A stretch of 64,000 nucleotides of DNA. Origin: Monocercomonoides exilis PA203 (Eukaryota > Protista > Preaxostyla). Shown here one piece after another: positions 12,980 through 25,079 of the stretch. The notes below the pieces were generated by a model. It saw only the letters and a program-made list of their open reading frames with translations, made no database searches and was not told where the DNA came from. The stretch is taken from the NCBI GenBank assembly GCA_001643675.2, contig LSRY02000036.1:310001-374000 (forward strand). Direction: 5' to 3'. Each line of letters begins with the position of its first letter. Positions within the stretch are counted from its first letter, which is position 1. The position numbers were made by a program, and so were the translations under genes.

Positions 12980-15900
12980 ATGGATTTAAGATTTTCGCTG
13001 TCGGAGGTGCTGCGATCAGCTATATCTATTGGTTTGATTTTCTTTTAATGAAATCATTTTTTTCAAAGTCGTTTAGATTGCAAAGTTCGTGAATCGTCAA
13101 TAATTTTGCTGGATAACTTTAAATCAACAAATATTGTGTGAAGAAACATGTTTTTCTTTAATTAATTTATTTTAGCTTTCAGAATTTATATTTGATGCAA
13201 TTGCTGACATTATTTACAAATGAAAGCGAGAGTTTACCCATCCGCCAACAGTCAGGCATCGAAATGAAGAATACAATAAATGCAATGGTTTTGCACATTT
13301 TTTAGAAAATTAATTTAACCATGTGTAGTGCCTTCGTTGTTTAATTAGAGGGGCATTGGAGAGCAAGAACAAACTAATGTATGGTTTAGCCTTCCTCTTG
13401 AGAATCGTCAATCTTTGAAAGATAATGTATGTGAATACCCTATCAGAAATAAATTGTTTCCTTCTTTTATTTTATAGATTATTAAACAATTATGTTCGGC
13501 ATATAGACCTATTTCAACATGTTCATGTAGCATAATTTCTACAATTGCAAAATTTGAATTACCATTCAAAATTTGGCCTGAACTATTCCCTTCGTTGAAA
13601 ACATTAGCTGAAACGCATTCTCCAAATATTGTTGAATCTGTGTTGCAATGCCTTTCAATTATTTGTGAGGATAATGGAAATATCTTAATTGATTATGCTG
13701 AGTTCGTAATGTCATGCATCTTTGTTTGTGCAACTATAAAGACAGACTATGGCATCATTGAGCGTGCACTAAAGACTCTTTGCTTGGCATTGCCTTATCT
13801 AAGCATGCTGTTTCACTCTCAGGAGAAAATGAATTCCATTGTTAACATTATTATCGAAAACTGCTCACGTTCTGATCCAACAGGCTCTTCAATTCCGAGT
13901 TTTGTACGTGTTTCTGCATTTGAATGTCTTATTGCTCTTGCAGAATTGCATTATCCAGCTATTTATGCTCATAGAGCACAGATCTTTGCGGCTACTACAA
14001 CTGTCTTTGACGAGTGGATTCAGAAAAACGAAATAGTCCTTCAAACAAAGAATAAAGTTTTGTCTTCGACTCCTTTTAAATCTGAGCAGCAGCAGCAACA
14101 ACAACAGAATAAGGAAGAAGAGGTTGTTCGTTTGGCTCTTCAATTTTGGAAAACTGTTTCCGATAAAGAAGCAGAGTTTAAACAGATTCTTCCATCAGAA
14201 AATGCCGAAAGACAAGAAAAAGATGCGATGGACTCTGAGAAAATTAGTCAGTTTGTCATTTCTTCAACAGCAACGCCGATGCTGGTTACTCGGCTCTTCA
14301 CATTACTCTCAATAACTGCAGCACAAATTCTGGATATTTCTCCGAATGCTGTTCAGCGGATGCAATTTACAGAAGATGATGCAGATTCTCCGACAGATTC
14401 GTCTTTAGACGAAGACTGCCCGTGTGTCTCAATCCACAACATGGTTCTATCAACACTCCGATCGCTCACTGAATGCTCTGGTGCAGCCATGTTTGACACG
14501 TGCCTGCCGATCCTCCGAGATGCCTTTGCGTCAGACTCCGTTGTTTCGAAGGCTGCTGCTCTGCAGTTCTTCTCCAACGTCGCTGCTGGATGTGCAGACA
14601 GCTGCGCCTCGCCCCTTGTTCTCGCAGTGATCACACAACTTTCGAATTTGCTTCCTCTCCAATCTTCTTCTGAAGCTTCCTCAATTGGCTGCTATTGCGC
14701 GAAAGACGCTGCTTCGTTCAGCAGTTTTGCAGCTACTCCTTTTTTCATTGGAACTGATGCTGGAAAGCAACAGCAGCAGCTTATGAACCCCAGCAATTTT
14801 AGTTCATCAAGTCAGATACTTGGAATGCCTGTATCTTCTGAAACGAGTTGCTCTTCATGCGCTTCCAACCAGCAAATCTCGCTTTTTTTGCGTTTTTCTG
14901 CAGCATCTGCTATTCAATCGTTGTGCGAGTCAAAGAAAAGCTGTCTTTTTGGAGAAGAAATCCTGAAGCCTCTTCTGCTTTGCATATGCAGGCTATTTCA
15001 CGATGAAGAATGCCTCTCTCAATGCGGTGCTGCTGCACTTATTGCGCTTGCTTCTATGAATGGAAATAATTTAACTGGTAAAAAATTCAATGCTGATGAC
15101 GTAGAAGAGACAGATGAAGAGACTGATGAAGAAGTTGAAGATGCAGATGCTTTGAATGCTTCAAGCCAACAATCTGTAAACTACAGTTCATCTTATGCTT
15201 CTCCTGCGACTCTTTCCAGCAGTTATAATCCATCTTCTTCTGACTCTCTTTTAACGTCTCAATTTTCAGTGCGGCATTATCCGCTCGATTTTTATGTTCT
15301 TGTGCTTGTGAATCATCTTCTCATACCAATTTTGAGAGATCCGAATTCAAGTCTATCTGATGAATTCGCAAAGGGTCAAGCGATTTCTTCTGCTTCTGCT
15401 TCTGCTTCTGCTTCTGCTTCAGTTTCTGGTCAATTCTCGACTCAATTAGCATCTTCATCAACTTCATCGTCGTCGTCTTCTTCTTCTCTTCCTTCTCCTT
15501 CTATTTCTTGCTATTTATCTTGCCTTAAAGCTGCTTCTGAGCTTATCAGAACCTCTGGCAGTGTGGATGAATCATATCTGACCAATTTGCTTCCTGTTAT
15601 TATCAAAGCATTCGATCAATCAGCTCATATTTCATTGGAATCTATTCCAACACAAGCTAATCGCACTGATCAATTGACTCATTCAGTTGAATTGCTGCTT
15701 GGAGGTGTATCCATTAAAGATAAAAATTCTCTCTTTTCTATTCCTATTCCTATTAAAACATTAAATGAATCACTTTTATTGAAAGACCACGCGCTGATTC
15801 TCATCAACACAATTCTATCAGCTTTCAAAACTCCTCCTCCATTTGAAGGAATTCACTTGTTATTATCGAAAATACACGAATTTTGTGATGCCCTTGCTGC

Positions 15901-16987
15901 TGTTTGCACAGTTGAAGGTCAAATTATCAAAAAAGACAGTATTTTCGACAGAGAAAGGAGTTACAATTCACAAATGCATCCAACAGACAGCTTTTTTTTC
16001 TCAAAAGAAGCTTTGCTTCTTCAAGAAGACATGCTGCGAACAATCTGCCTCTGTTTTAAATGCCTCTCAGCTGCTCAAATACTTCCATATTTCTGTCATT
16101 TTTTCCAGTTAATCATTCAGCGCTCTTTAGAGATGCCAGATGTTGTTCATATTTTTCAATCTGCCTGCTCGGTGATTGCCTCTGCCGCAGAAGCAATAGC
16201 TCTGCTTTTAAATGAACAGTGTGACCCACAAAATATTTCTGCAGGCACTTCTACAGGCGGATCATCTTGCCAAACTGTTATTTCTGTTCTCTCAAGTACT
16301 TTTCAAAGAGTTGCTGCGCTTCCTGCCAGCCAAAGTCCTCTTCCATCAAAAACTGCTCTGTTTAATTGCTGTCGTGTTCTAGTCTCAAAGGGAAGAGGGA
16401 AGTGCTTTGGGATTGCTGCTCCAATCTTACCATTTCTTCTGAAAAACGCAGCACCTCAGCTTTTGACAAACGAGAATGAGAAGATTGAAGGAAGGAGTTT
16501 TGCAGGTGATAACTCGAATATGCTGTTGTTCGATGTGAAGGAGCTGCAGAAATTGAGACATTCGATTATTTCATTTGTGATTGAGTGCGTTCCTTTGCTA
16601 TTTGGCTCTGTGTTCGTGTCCAATATTTCACCATCATCGACATTATCATCACCTCCTTCTGCTTCTTCAACAACATCAGTATTTCAGCTCCAAAAATCAT
16701 TTCTTTCAGAAGTCTACGACTTACTCGAAGGAATTCATCTTGACACCGACAACACTGTTCAAGTGACGTTGGATATTATTGAACTTATCTTACTTCTTCT
16801 TCCTTGCAAGCTGCAAGACACTGGTTCTATATCGTTTTTGTCTGATTCGCCGTTTTTGTCTCTTTACTCATTGGAAGAGTTGCAGAATTTTATTGACACT
16901 ATTAAATGTACCAGGAGAAGATCGGGGCGTATTCAAAAACTGAAGTTATTGCTTTATAGTTACTATCAACCTGACGATTCAGATTGA
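12980..16987 (+). CDS. Importin beta-1 (karyopherin beta)-like HEAT-repeat protein, divergent
   Basis: Four 5' introns (13032-13076, 13136-13182, 13288-13348, ~13427-13478) give an IBN_N-like region LPIRQQSGIEMKN..VWFSLPLENRQSLKDN..STIAKFELPFKIWPELFPSL. Later RVSAFECLIALAELHY and EVVRLALQFWKTVSDKE match importin-beta helices. Confidence 0.75.
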
Positions 16988-17903
16988 TTTTCGAAATAAT
17001 TTTAGAATTTAATTTCAATTTTTTTTATTGTTTATTCTAAAGCATTTTATTCCGCTGAATGAACGAAAAGAAAACAAATGGCGTGAATTAGGGTACAAAA
17101 TTATTGTCGATAACCTTTTTGAAGCTTTTATTTATCAATAGTTAGAAGGCGTCAATGGAAAGAATCTGCAAGTTTTTGGCTCTTAGCGTTTTTTGGATGA
17201 TAAATGTTCACTTCCATTTCTTTCACAAAGAAATTTGTTTGAAACCTCTTATATTACAAAAATTAATGCCGCATTTCCATCAGTTTTTAAGTTGAAATTT
17301 TTTTTTTTTGAAATTTCAATTCAAAAAACTTATGTTTTTATTTCTTTATCTTTATTATTTGTAAATTATTTAGCTGAAATTTTTTTTGTGAACTTATCAC
17401 ATAGGCTTTTTTTGCAAAATCCATGAAAGCATCTCAATCTTTCGTTTTTATAAATTGTATTTTGTTTACACACATTTTTTCAAGCTTTGCCATTTTTGAG
17501 AAGAACTGAAACCTTTTTTTGAAATAAAGATCTTTTTGTTTTTTGTCGAGATGAACATTCAAAAAATAACTTCTATTCCATAAGAAATGAGTTCAATAAT
17601 AAAATAAAAGATTTTTGAAAGTGTATTTACAACCTTATTTTTTTTCAAATCGATGTTTTTTGAAATTAACTTTTTGAAAAACATGTCCGTTGTTTTCATT
17701 TACGATTCACTTGACTTCATAGTTTTTCAAGGAAACAAATCAATTTTCATCAACATTTGCATAAGCTATCAATTAATCTCATTTGAATACAAGCCATTCT
17801 GAAAATGAGATTTTATTTTGAAAATTCTTGTGATATCTCCAAAGGATTAGTTGAAAAGTTTGATTTACCAGTTTTCAGAAATCAGCAAATTGGATTTGTT
17901 ATT

Positions 17904-17905
<2 letters not shown>

Positions 17906-17943
<38 letters not shown>
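17906..17943. repeat. Poly(T)38 homopolymer
   Basis: Uninterrupted T run seen directly. Confidence 0.95.
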
Positions 17944-17949
17944 CATTTT

Positions 17950-19180
17950 GATTTGTTTGCAGAATTTGAATATTTCCACGACAAAAAATAGAAAATAATA
18001 ATCGAGGAAATGAATGAGTTAGTAATTATTATATATAGAAAAGGATTGAAATATTTTGTTTCAAAAGAAATTGCTTGATAGAATTGATAAAATGATTGAA
18101 GAAGAGAAACTATCAATGGAAAATGCATCGTTGTTGCTGAAACACATTGGATATTGTAAAATTCTTTTTGGATGGTGGAGTTCTGTCTTTAATAATTCCT
18201 TGCTACGTGGAAGATTTGAGAAAATGATTGTTGATGAAGATAAGAAAAATGAAGAAAAGAACGAAAAACTACTGGCAGATCTTTGCAAATGCGATCTAAT
18301 GCTTGGATTTGGCTTCTCGTCTGAATTACTTTCAATCTGTGTTCCTTGTCTTCTGAAAATTGCATTGAACAAGGAGGAAAATGAGGAGATTCAAAAAGAA
18401 GTTGAAATAGCTTTGTTGGCTTTGAGTTGCATACAAACAGAACATGTATGATCATTTATGTTTCATTTTTGATATTACTATTATTTTTCTTGTTTCTTAA
18501 CAGTATGTTAAAAACGAACTGTATTTGACTGAAATCAAAGAAATCATCGAATATCATCAGGAGCATCACAATCTAACACAACTTGCCTATCAATCAGCTT
18601 GGCAGTTTTTTACAGACAGATTTTTCAGAGATATAAGTTTGGTAGATGAAATCGTGAATTGTCTGCATTTTATGAGAGAGGCAGCAAGAGAACTGAATGA
18701 GCTGTTGAAATGTGTGGATTGGACGAGAGAGAAAGAAGAAAGAGTAAATGAAACGAAAGAAGAGCTTATTTTAATGAGATAATTCCAAACATTGGAGGAA
18801 CATTTTGTATCGTTCAAATTGTGGAATGAAGAATTTGTTGGGATTATCAACAGAATTGTTCAGGTATTTCGAGTAGCAAAAGATGCTAATGCAATAAAAA
18901 GTCATGAAAATATTGAATCATTTGAAAGTGCAGCGAGAAACAAAGCTGTGAAAATTGATAACTTGTTGAAAGGCAGAGCCGTTGATGCTATTTTGGAGGA
19001 GATTCAGCGATCAACTTTGAAAGATTTTGAAATATGCAATTGATTGCATTCCTTTTTGAATTTTTCAAAAAGACGGAAAGAAAAGACGGATGGTGAAGGT
19101 AACAAAGCGAAACGAAAGGGATTAAAAAGATAAAAAATAGAAAGGATGGAAGAAGAAGGATGTGAAGACAACATCATCTG
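17950..19180 (+). pseudogene. Degraded copy of a lineage-specific multicopy alpha-helical gene family
   Basis: Consecutive fragments IEEMNE..KMIEEEKLSMENASLLLKHIGYCK..VPCLLKIALNKEENEEIQKEVEIALLALS..EIIEYHQEHHNLTQLAYQSAWQF..MEEEGCED, with several in-frame stops and one apparent intron (~18446-18503). Confidence 0.7.
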
Positions 19181-19838
19181 ATCACTAGTATTTATTGAGT
19201 GCTATTTGATATTACCCCATCTCAGAGATGAATATTATCCATAGCTGAATTAGATAATCATTTATTCTAGTACTTCAACAACAACTGTAGACGAGATGAG
19301 AGTCAACAGAAAAGTTAATGCGCGATTGGTAAAAAGTTAGTCTTTGAGACTTTTTCATCCTCTTTCTCGTTCTATCTCAATCGAACCAGCATCAACAGCC
19401 ACAAAGCTTTCAAAATAGCCTCATTTTCAAAGTTGGAAAAATTTGGCGTGTATGACGTGCGAGAATAGAAGACAGCACAATTTTCTCCAATTAGCATCAA
19501 CACCATGTCGCATTTTGTTGCAAAGCATTTCAAGCCGAGAAGAATCCTTCAGAAGATCGGTGGGTTGCAATGCGTTTTGAGGAACATGTTTAAATGAACC
19601 ATTTCATGTCAGATATCTTTGTAATTCTTATTCTTGATTGCCAACCTGAAAATATATTGCAGATAGACAAATCAAATTAAAGAATCTCATTGAAACACAT
19701 TTTTTTTTTAAAAAAATTCAAAATAAGTGATATCAAAATCAAATATATTAAAATAAGATATTATTTTTTTTCTCAGCTCAAATTGTCCGTTAACCCTTCT
19801 CGTTTTCAAATACTGATTCAAACCTTCTAAAACCTCAT

Positions 19839-22800
19839 TCATTTCAGCAACCGCAAAATGGAAAATACATAAAGATTGTTATCTCTGCATCCAACAGAGA
19901 AGGCGTCACTGCCAATAACACACGGAGAAGAAAACACCAGCGAAGGGAGCTGCAAGACAGCTACAATGTGTGCTTCAAGAGCATTTGCGTCAATTTCCAT
20001 AAAAATTACATCTCCATTCTGCGAAGGAATCACCACCAAGCTTAGAAATGGTGAACCAGTTCCTCTCATTAACACAGCTGGCGAGGCAGATAACAGTGGG
20101 GAATAGGAGACATTTTTTGAAGCATCTTTCTCCATTAAAACACAATCAAATCCAAACACCCGATGCTCAACAATTGCAACTTCAATCTTTCTATCGTTGA
20201 ATCTGCATCTAAGAAGATGAAGCATATTCCCACTCCCAGAAAACAGTGCAATAATGCATTCATATGTTTGTTTGTTCATTTGAAGAAGGAGAGCATCCAA
20301 ATGGAATGATCCTTTCACACAGCACAGCTCCTCAGGAGAAATTGTGTAGTTTCCAATTATTTCTCCAGCTGGATTCACAAATGCAACATATCCGCGGATG
20401 TCCACAACGCACCAGCATTCATCAAATGCACGTTTGGAATCTGTGATAGAAGAACTCTTTGATGAGGAAGAAGAAGATGCAGATGAAGATAATTCGGCAT
20501 GTCTCCCACTTCCAAAAGACAAGTGAAGTACAGAAGAAACAATGGGATGCGAACTGACATGTCTTTGCCATTCACACAAAACACTTCTTCCACCTCTCTT
20601 GTCGCTCTCGATTGTTCTAAAGCAAAACAAGTCTCCGCCCAGTGTCGCAACAACAAAAATCTCTTTGGATGAAGACATAGAAGGATAAGTCGAAAAACAG
20701 AACGATCGTCTTGCTGCTCTTTCAGAACAAGAAGCATCCGCTGATGCAACCAGTTCTCTGCTTATCGCTTCATCTCCTGCAGTTGCAGCTTCAAACAACA
20801 CCTGCTGCTCCATCGTTTCCGTGTTAACAGAGATAATCTGCCCACTTCTGGTGAATATCCAAGCTTCATTGCAGGCGCTTGTATTTGGAACAGGAAACGG
20901 AGCTAATTTTGCTCCCTTAGGATCTCTCAATTCAACCGTTCGAATTGTTGAAGTGCACTTTGGCAGTTCTTGTGATCTTTCTTCACTCATTTCGACTTTC
21001 GAATTGACAATAAATAAACTGCTGTCAACGTTGCAAGTGATGTATGAAAAAATCGTGGATATCCTGTCTGAGCAATAAGAGACATTCAAAATACTCCCAC
21101 CTGCATCTGAAAGGGGACGAGTGCCGAGAGTAAGCTGGGGAAATATTGTTGCTTCTGTGGAATGCAAAGGAGGTGGAGAAGAAGACGGAACAAAGCAAAA
21201 TGAAAGAGTCGGCGAAAAAGCAGAAGCCAAAATGCAGTTTGACGGAGGATTCCCAAGCTGTACAGCGCACACCTTCGAATCCACACAACTTCCCAAATCA
21301 AAAGCGCTTTGAAGACAGATCTTCACTTGCTTGCTATCAAAAGCGAAACAAAGCGAATCATCTGAAGAAGAAAAAGATGATAAGCCTGTTCTTGTCAATG
21401 AAGTTATTTTAAGAAGCTGAACAATATTATCATTTTTCTCCAGCAGTTCCTTGGCAGAAGACAGCTTGATACAAACGTGACAGAAAGGATGTTGTTGTGT
21501 TTTGTATTTGCGAGGCATACGTGAAAACTCCTTTAAAGCGAAGCCACTGCTAAAGGAACATCGATCATCCGTCAAACGCTGGTTATGTGAGACAAACACT
21601 CGAACGCTGTCTCTCCCAAGAACACTTCCCAGTACAGACACCGATGCAGACAGTGTGCTTCTGAGCGTCGCCCCGATTAGTTCCTGCCGTACATATCCTA
21701 TCCCGTCGATCCCACGCGGTAACTGCTCTACAATAGGTGCCAGTACCTTCTCGACAACAGCTGCTGCCTTCTTGGAGTCACCACCAAGATACACAAAAGA
21801 TGGATCTGCATCCAGTGTTGAGTGAGTCAGCTCCGTATCTAAGTCTCCAAGTTCGCTTTTCCACACACTCCACACAAACAGCGCAATGTTCTCTTTGTTT
21901 TCCCCCGAAAGCTCAACACAGATGCTATCCATAATGCCTGAGTGCGACTCTTCATCTGTCAAGTCTGATTGAACAAGTTGAAGAATTCCCGATTTTTCAT
22001 CTGTTTTTGTTGCAATCTCAGCAACCTTAGTTGATTTTCTGTTCTTCTGCTGAAACAATTGAAAAATTGCATTACATGTAATCTGCTCCAAGCGCACAGT
22101 ATCCACTTTGCAGTGATCCGTCAGCGGAAACGAAGATACAACCACAACCACATCTGGCTGTGCATGCGATGGCAGCCTCTTTTTCGCTGCAGAAACCACT
22201 TCACTTTCAACAAACGTACCTAAAAACTGTTTGCTGCTAATAGATACTGTGATAATCGCAACAAGAATTCCTTCGTTGGCTCTTTCTGCCGCTGCATTCA
22301 GAACGAAAGCGCCTGCTATATGCTCAGAGCACTTCGCTGATTGGCTATTTAAGAGAAGTGTTTCATTCCTCACGTAAATAGCCTTTGCACAATCCACTCC
22401 CTGGAGTGATACCAGAATCTGCTCCACATCCTCCAGCTGCATCCGCTTCCCTCGGATTTTCACTTGGTTATCCCTCCGCCCAATCCAATGAAGCTCTCTT
22501 CTGGACTTGTCAAACTCCACGATATCCCCGCTTGGCCACATTGCCATCTGAGCCAACTCTGCCCCAACAAAACACATTCTGTTTGTTCCGCCAATTAGAA
22601 GTTCTCCAACGATTATTTCTTCATCTTCCTTCTTTTCATCTTCTTCTTTTCTGTTTGGCTTTTGAAATAAGTGCGATTTGCTGGCTTCGTCAAAATAATG
22701 TGTGATATCAATATCAGAGAAATCATCTTCCTCTTTCCCTTTCTGAATGTTATGTCTCCGAATAGCTAGTGTGGTTCCATAAAGAGGCCTGCCAAGTGGA

Positions 22801-24187
22801 ACTCTGCATTCCTCTTCTGCCATCCACCAATCACGCGGGACTCTTTGAATGGTCGCCCAAACAGACACTTCAGTCACTCCATATAAATTGTAGAAAGCAA
22901 TCTCCGCACAGCACTTAAACGCTTCCACAAAGGATCGGATGCACTTCGATTTTGGAAATACATCTCCGCCCACAAACACTACGCGAAGCGACGATAGATC
23001 CACCTGTACACTGCCCTGCTTCTTGCGCTCTGCAGCAGCTTCCACGGCCTGTGCCAGAACCAGCGGAGTTGTCTGCCACACTGTCGCCTTGCTGCGCATC
23101 AACATCTCCAAAAGCGCTATGGCGCTCATTCGCTCACCTTCTCCTATAATGCAAATGCTTGCCCCGCTGCTAACAGCTCCCATAACCTCTATCATGAATG
23201 GATCAAATGAAGGGCTGGTGCTTAGAGCAATAACATCGTCACTGCAGATGCCAGCCATCCTGCAGATGGAAACAGCATTTTCATATGCTGAGCATAGAGG
23301 AACAAACACAGGAGTCCAGCTCTTCAGAAAATTTCACATTACAATATAGAAAATATAAATTTAAAAATTAAAATTCATAATACATATACAAACATATATT
23401 TGAATAAAACAAGCGCTAAGCAAACTTGTACCAATGCATCAGCGCATTTTTGTTTTTTCGTTGTTCCAGATGTTGCCATGACATATCCAATTATTTGATT
23501 TTTAACAATCAAGGAAAGCTTTTCAGAAAGAAAGTTCCCTTCACAACTTTCTGCGTTCAAATGTCCCGCGTTTGCTGCATGTTCTAATTTTCGTAATCCT
23601 GATGCTCTATCAAAAACATAAACACATAAATTGTTCAACCTTTTTTGAACTTGGCTCTTTTTTTGAAAAATGGCAAGAAACTGATTCAAAATCATAATAT
23701 GGTTTGAAACAAATAAGTATTAGATAAAGGCAAACAAACAAACATCATTTTGAACAATCAACAGGGAGATCCCAAGAATTTTGCATTCACAAGCCATTTT
23801 TAATGCCTCTGTGAAAGGATTGAAATAATAAAAAGCACAATTGATACTCCAAATAGCAAACAAGCAGCTCAGAAGATCAACGGAAGGAAACGCAATGACT
23901 CCAATTACAATCCGATCTTTTCCCTGTTCACAAATATTAAAATGTAATTCCAACGGTCAAATTTAAAAAAAAATAGTAAGAAATTCATATGACAAAACTA
24001 TCTCGTGCATTAATTCGTCTCTGTTTCCTCTACATATGCGATTAAAATTGATGCGTGAAACACACTTTAAGTCAGAAGATAGAAAATCTTCAAAATGGAT
24101 AAATGGCGTGTCAGGGGATGTTTCTTGCAACTTGTTAAATGCTAGCATTATGCAATTATCATCAATCTCGTTTTCTTTGGCAGTCAT
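19839..24187 (-). CDS. AASDH: AASDH/ACSF4-like NRPS-type enzyme (adenylation domain, carrier domain, PQQ-like beta-propeller); about 3 introns at the 5' end
   Basis: YVMATSGTT, SPSFDP, FYNLYGVTEVSVWAT, GDIV..IGRRDNQVKIRGKR, LPSHAQPD, PLTDHCKVD, phosphopantetheine site FVYLGGDS, DLGSCVDS, and the AASDH-like end VFSSPCV..VGCRDNNLYVF. Confidence 0.85.
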
Positions 24188-25079
24188 ATTCTTTAACTCG
24201 CGTTTTTCTCAAAAATACAAAAACATGAAATTTCAAAGCGTTTATTATGGGAAAATGAATATTTTTTGAGAGTTGTATTTCTTTAGCGGTGATTATGCAA
24301 ATGACAAATATAAGAAAAGATGTTTTGAATAAATATAAGTTTTTTTATTTCAAAAAGAGTTGTGGAAATGTTTTTTTTATCTGTGTTTAAGAAATGAAAA
24401 AGAAAAAAACTTCAAAAACAATGAAATCTGCTTCAGAAATGCAACAATTGTAACAAAATGTCTTTCAAAAATATCAGTTCATTTCAACCATAATTTATTT
24501 CACCTGAGTTTTCAAGTTCTTCATTTTTTTGTCAACACAAACCTCTGTTTTTTTTGAATCTTTCAAAACATCAACAGTACTTCGATATATTGTATAATAT
24601 AGAATTTCCATATTATATTTATTTTCAAATTCTCTCTCTCTCTCTTTTTATTTTTTCCTTGAGGTTAATGAAAGTATTTTTGAAAATAAATATTCAACTC
24701 ATCACTGTGATTCAAAAATGATAATCAATTATCTAATTTTTGAATGAATATGATGATCTTTTCCAAGTCGCATCTCTTTATATTTTGAACAACAAAAATA
24801 AAAATTCAAACTGTCATTTGAATCATTTTGAAATAAAATTTGAACAATTGGGTATTTCACAAAAAAAATAAAAAAAGGGGTTCACAAATAATTGATTGAT
24901 CGAATTTTCAGTGAAAAACTTGGTTCAATTCTTGAAATGATCATTTAAAAATTTCTGTTCAAAAATGTTTGTCCCATATTTCTTCTTTTCATATAATTTC
25001 AATTAAAAATTACAATTATCCCATTGAAGAACAATCAACTTTATCTTTATCATTTGGAAGCTTTTGCAATATATCAGAA

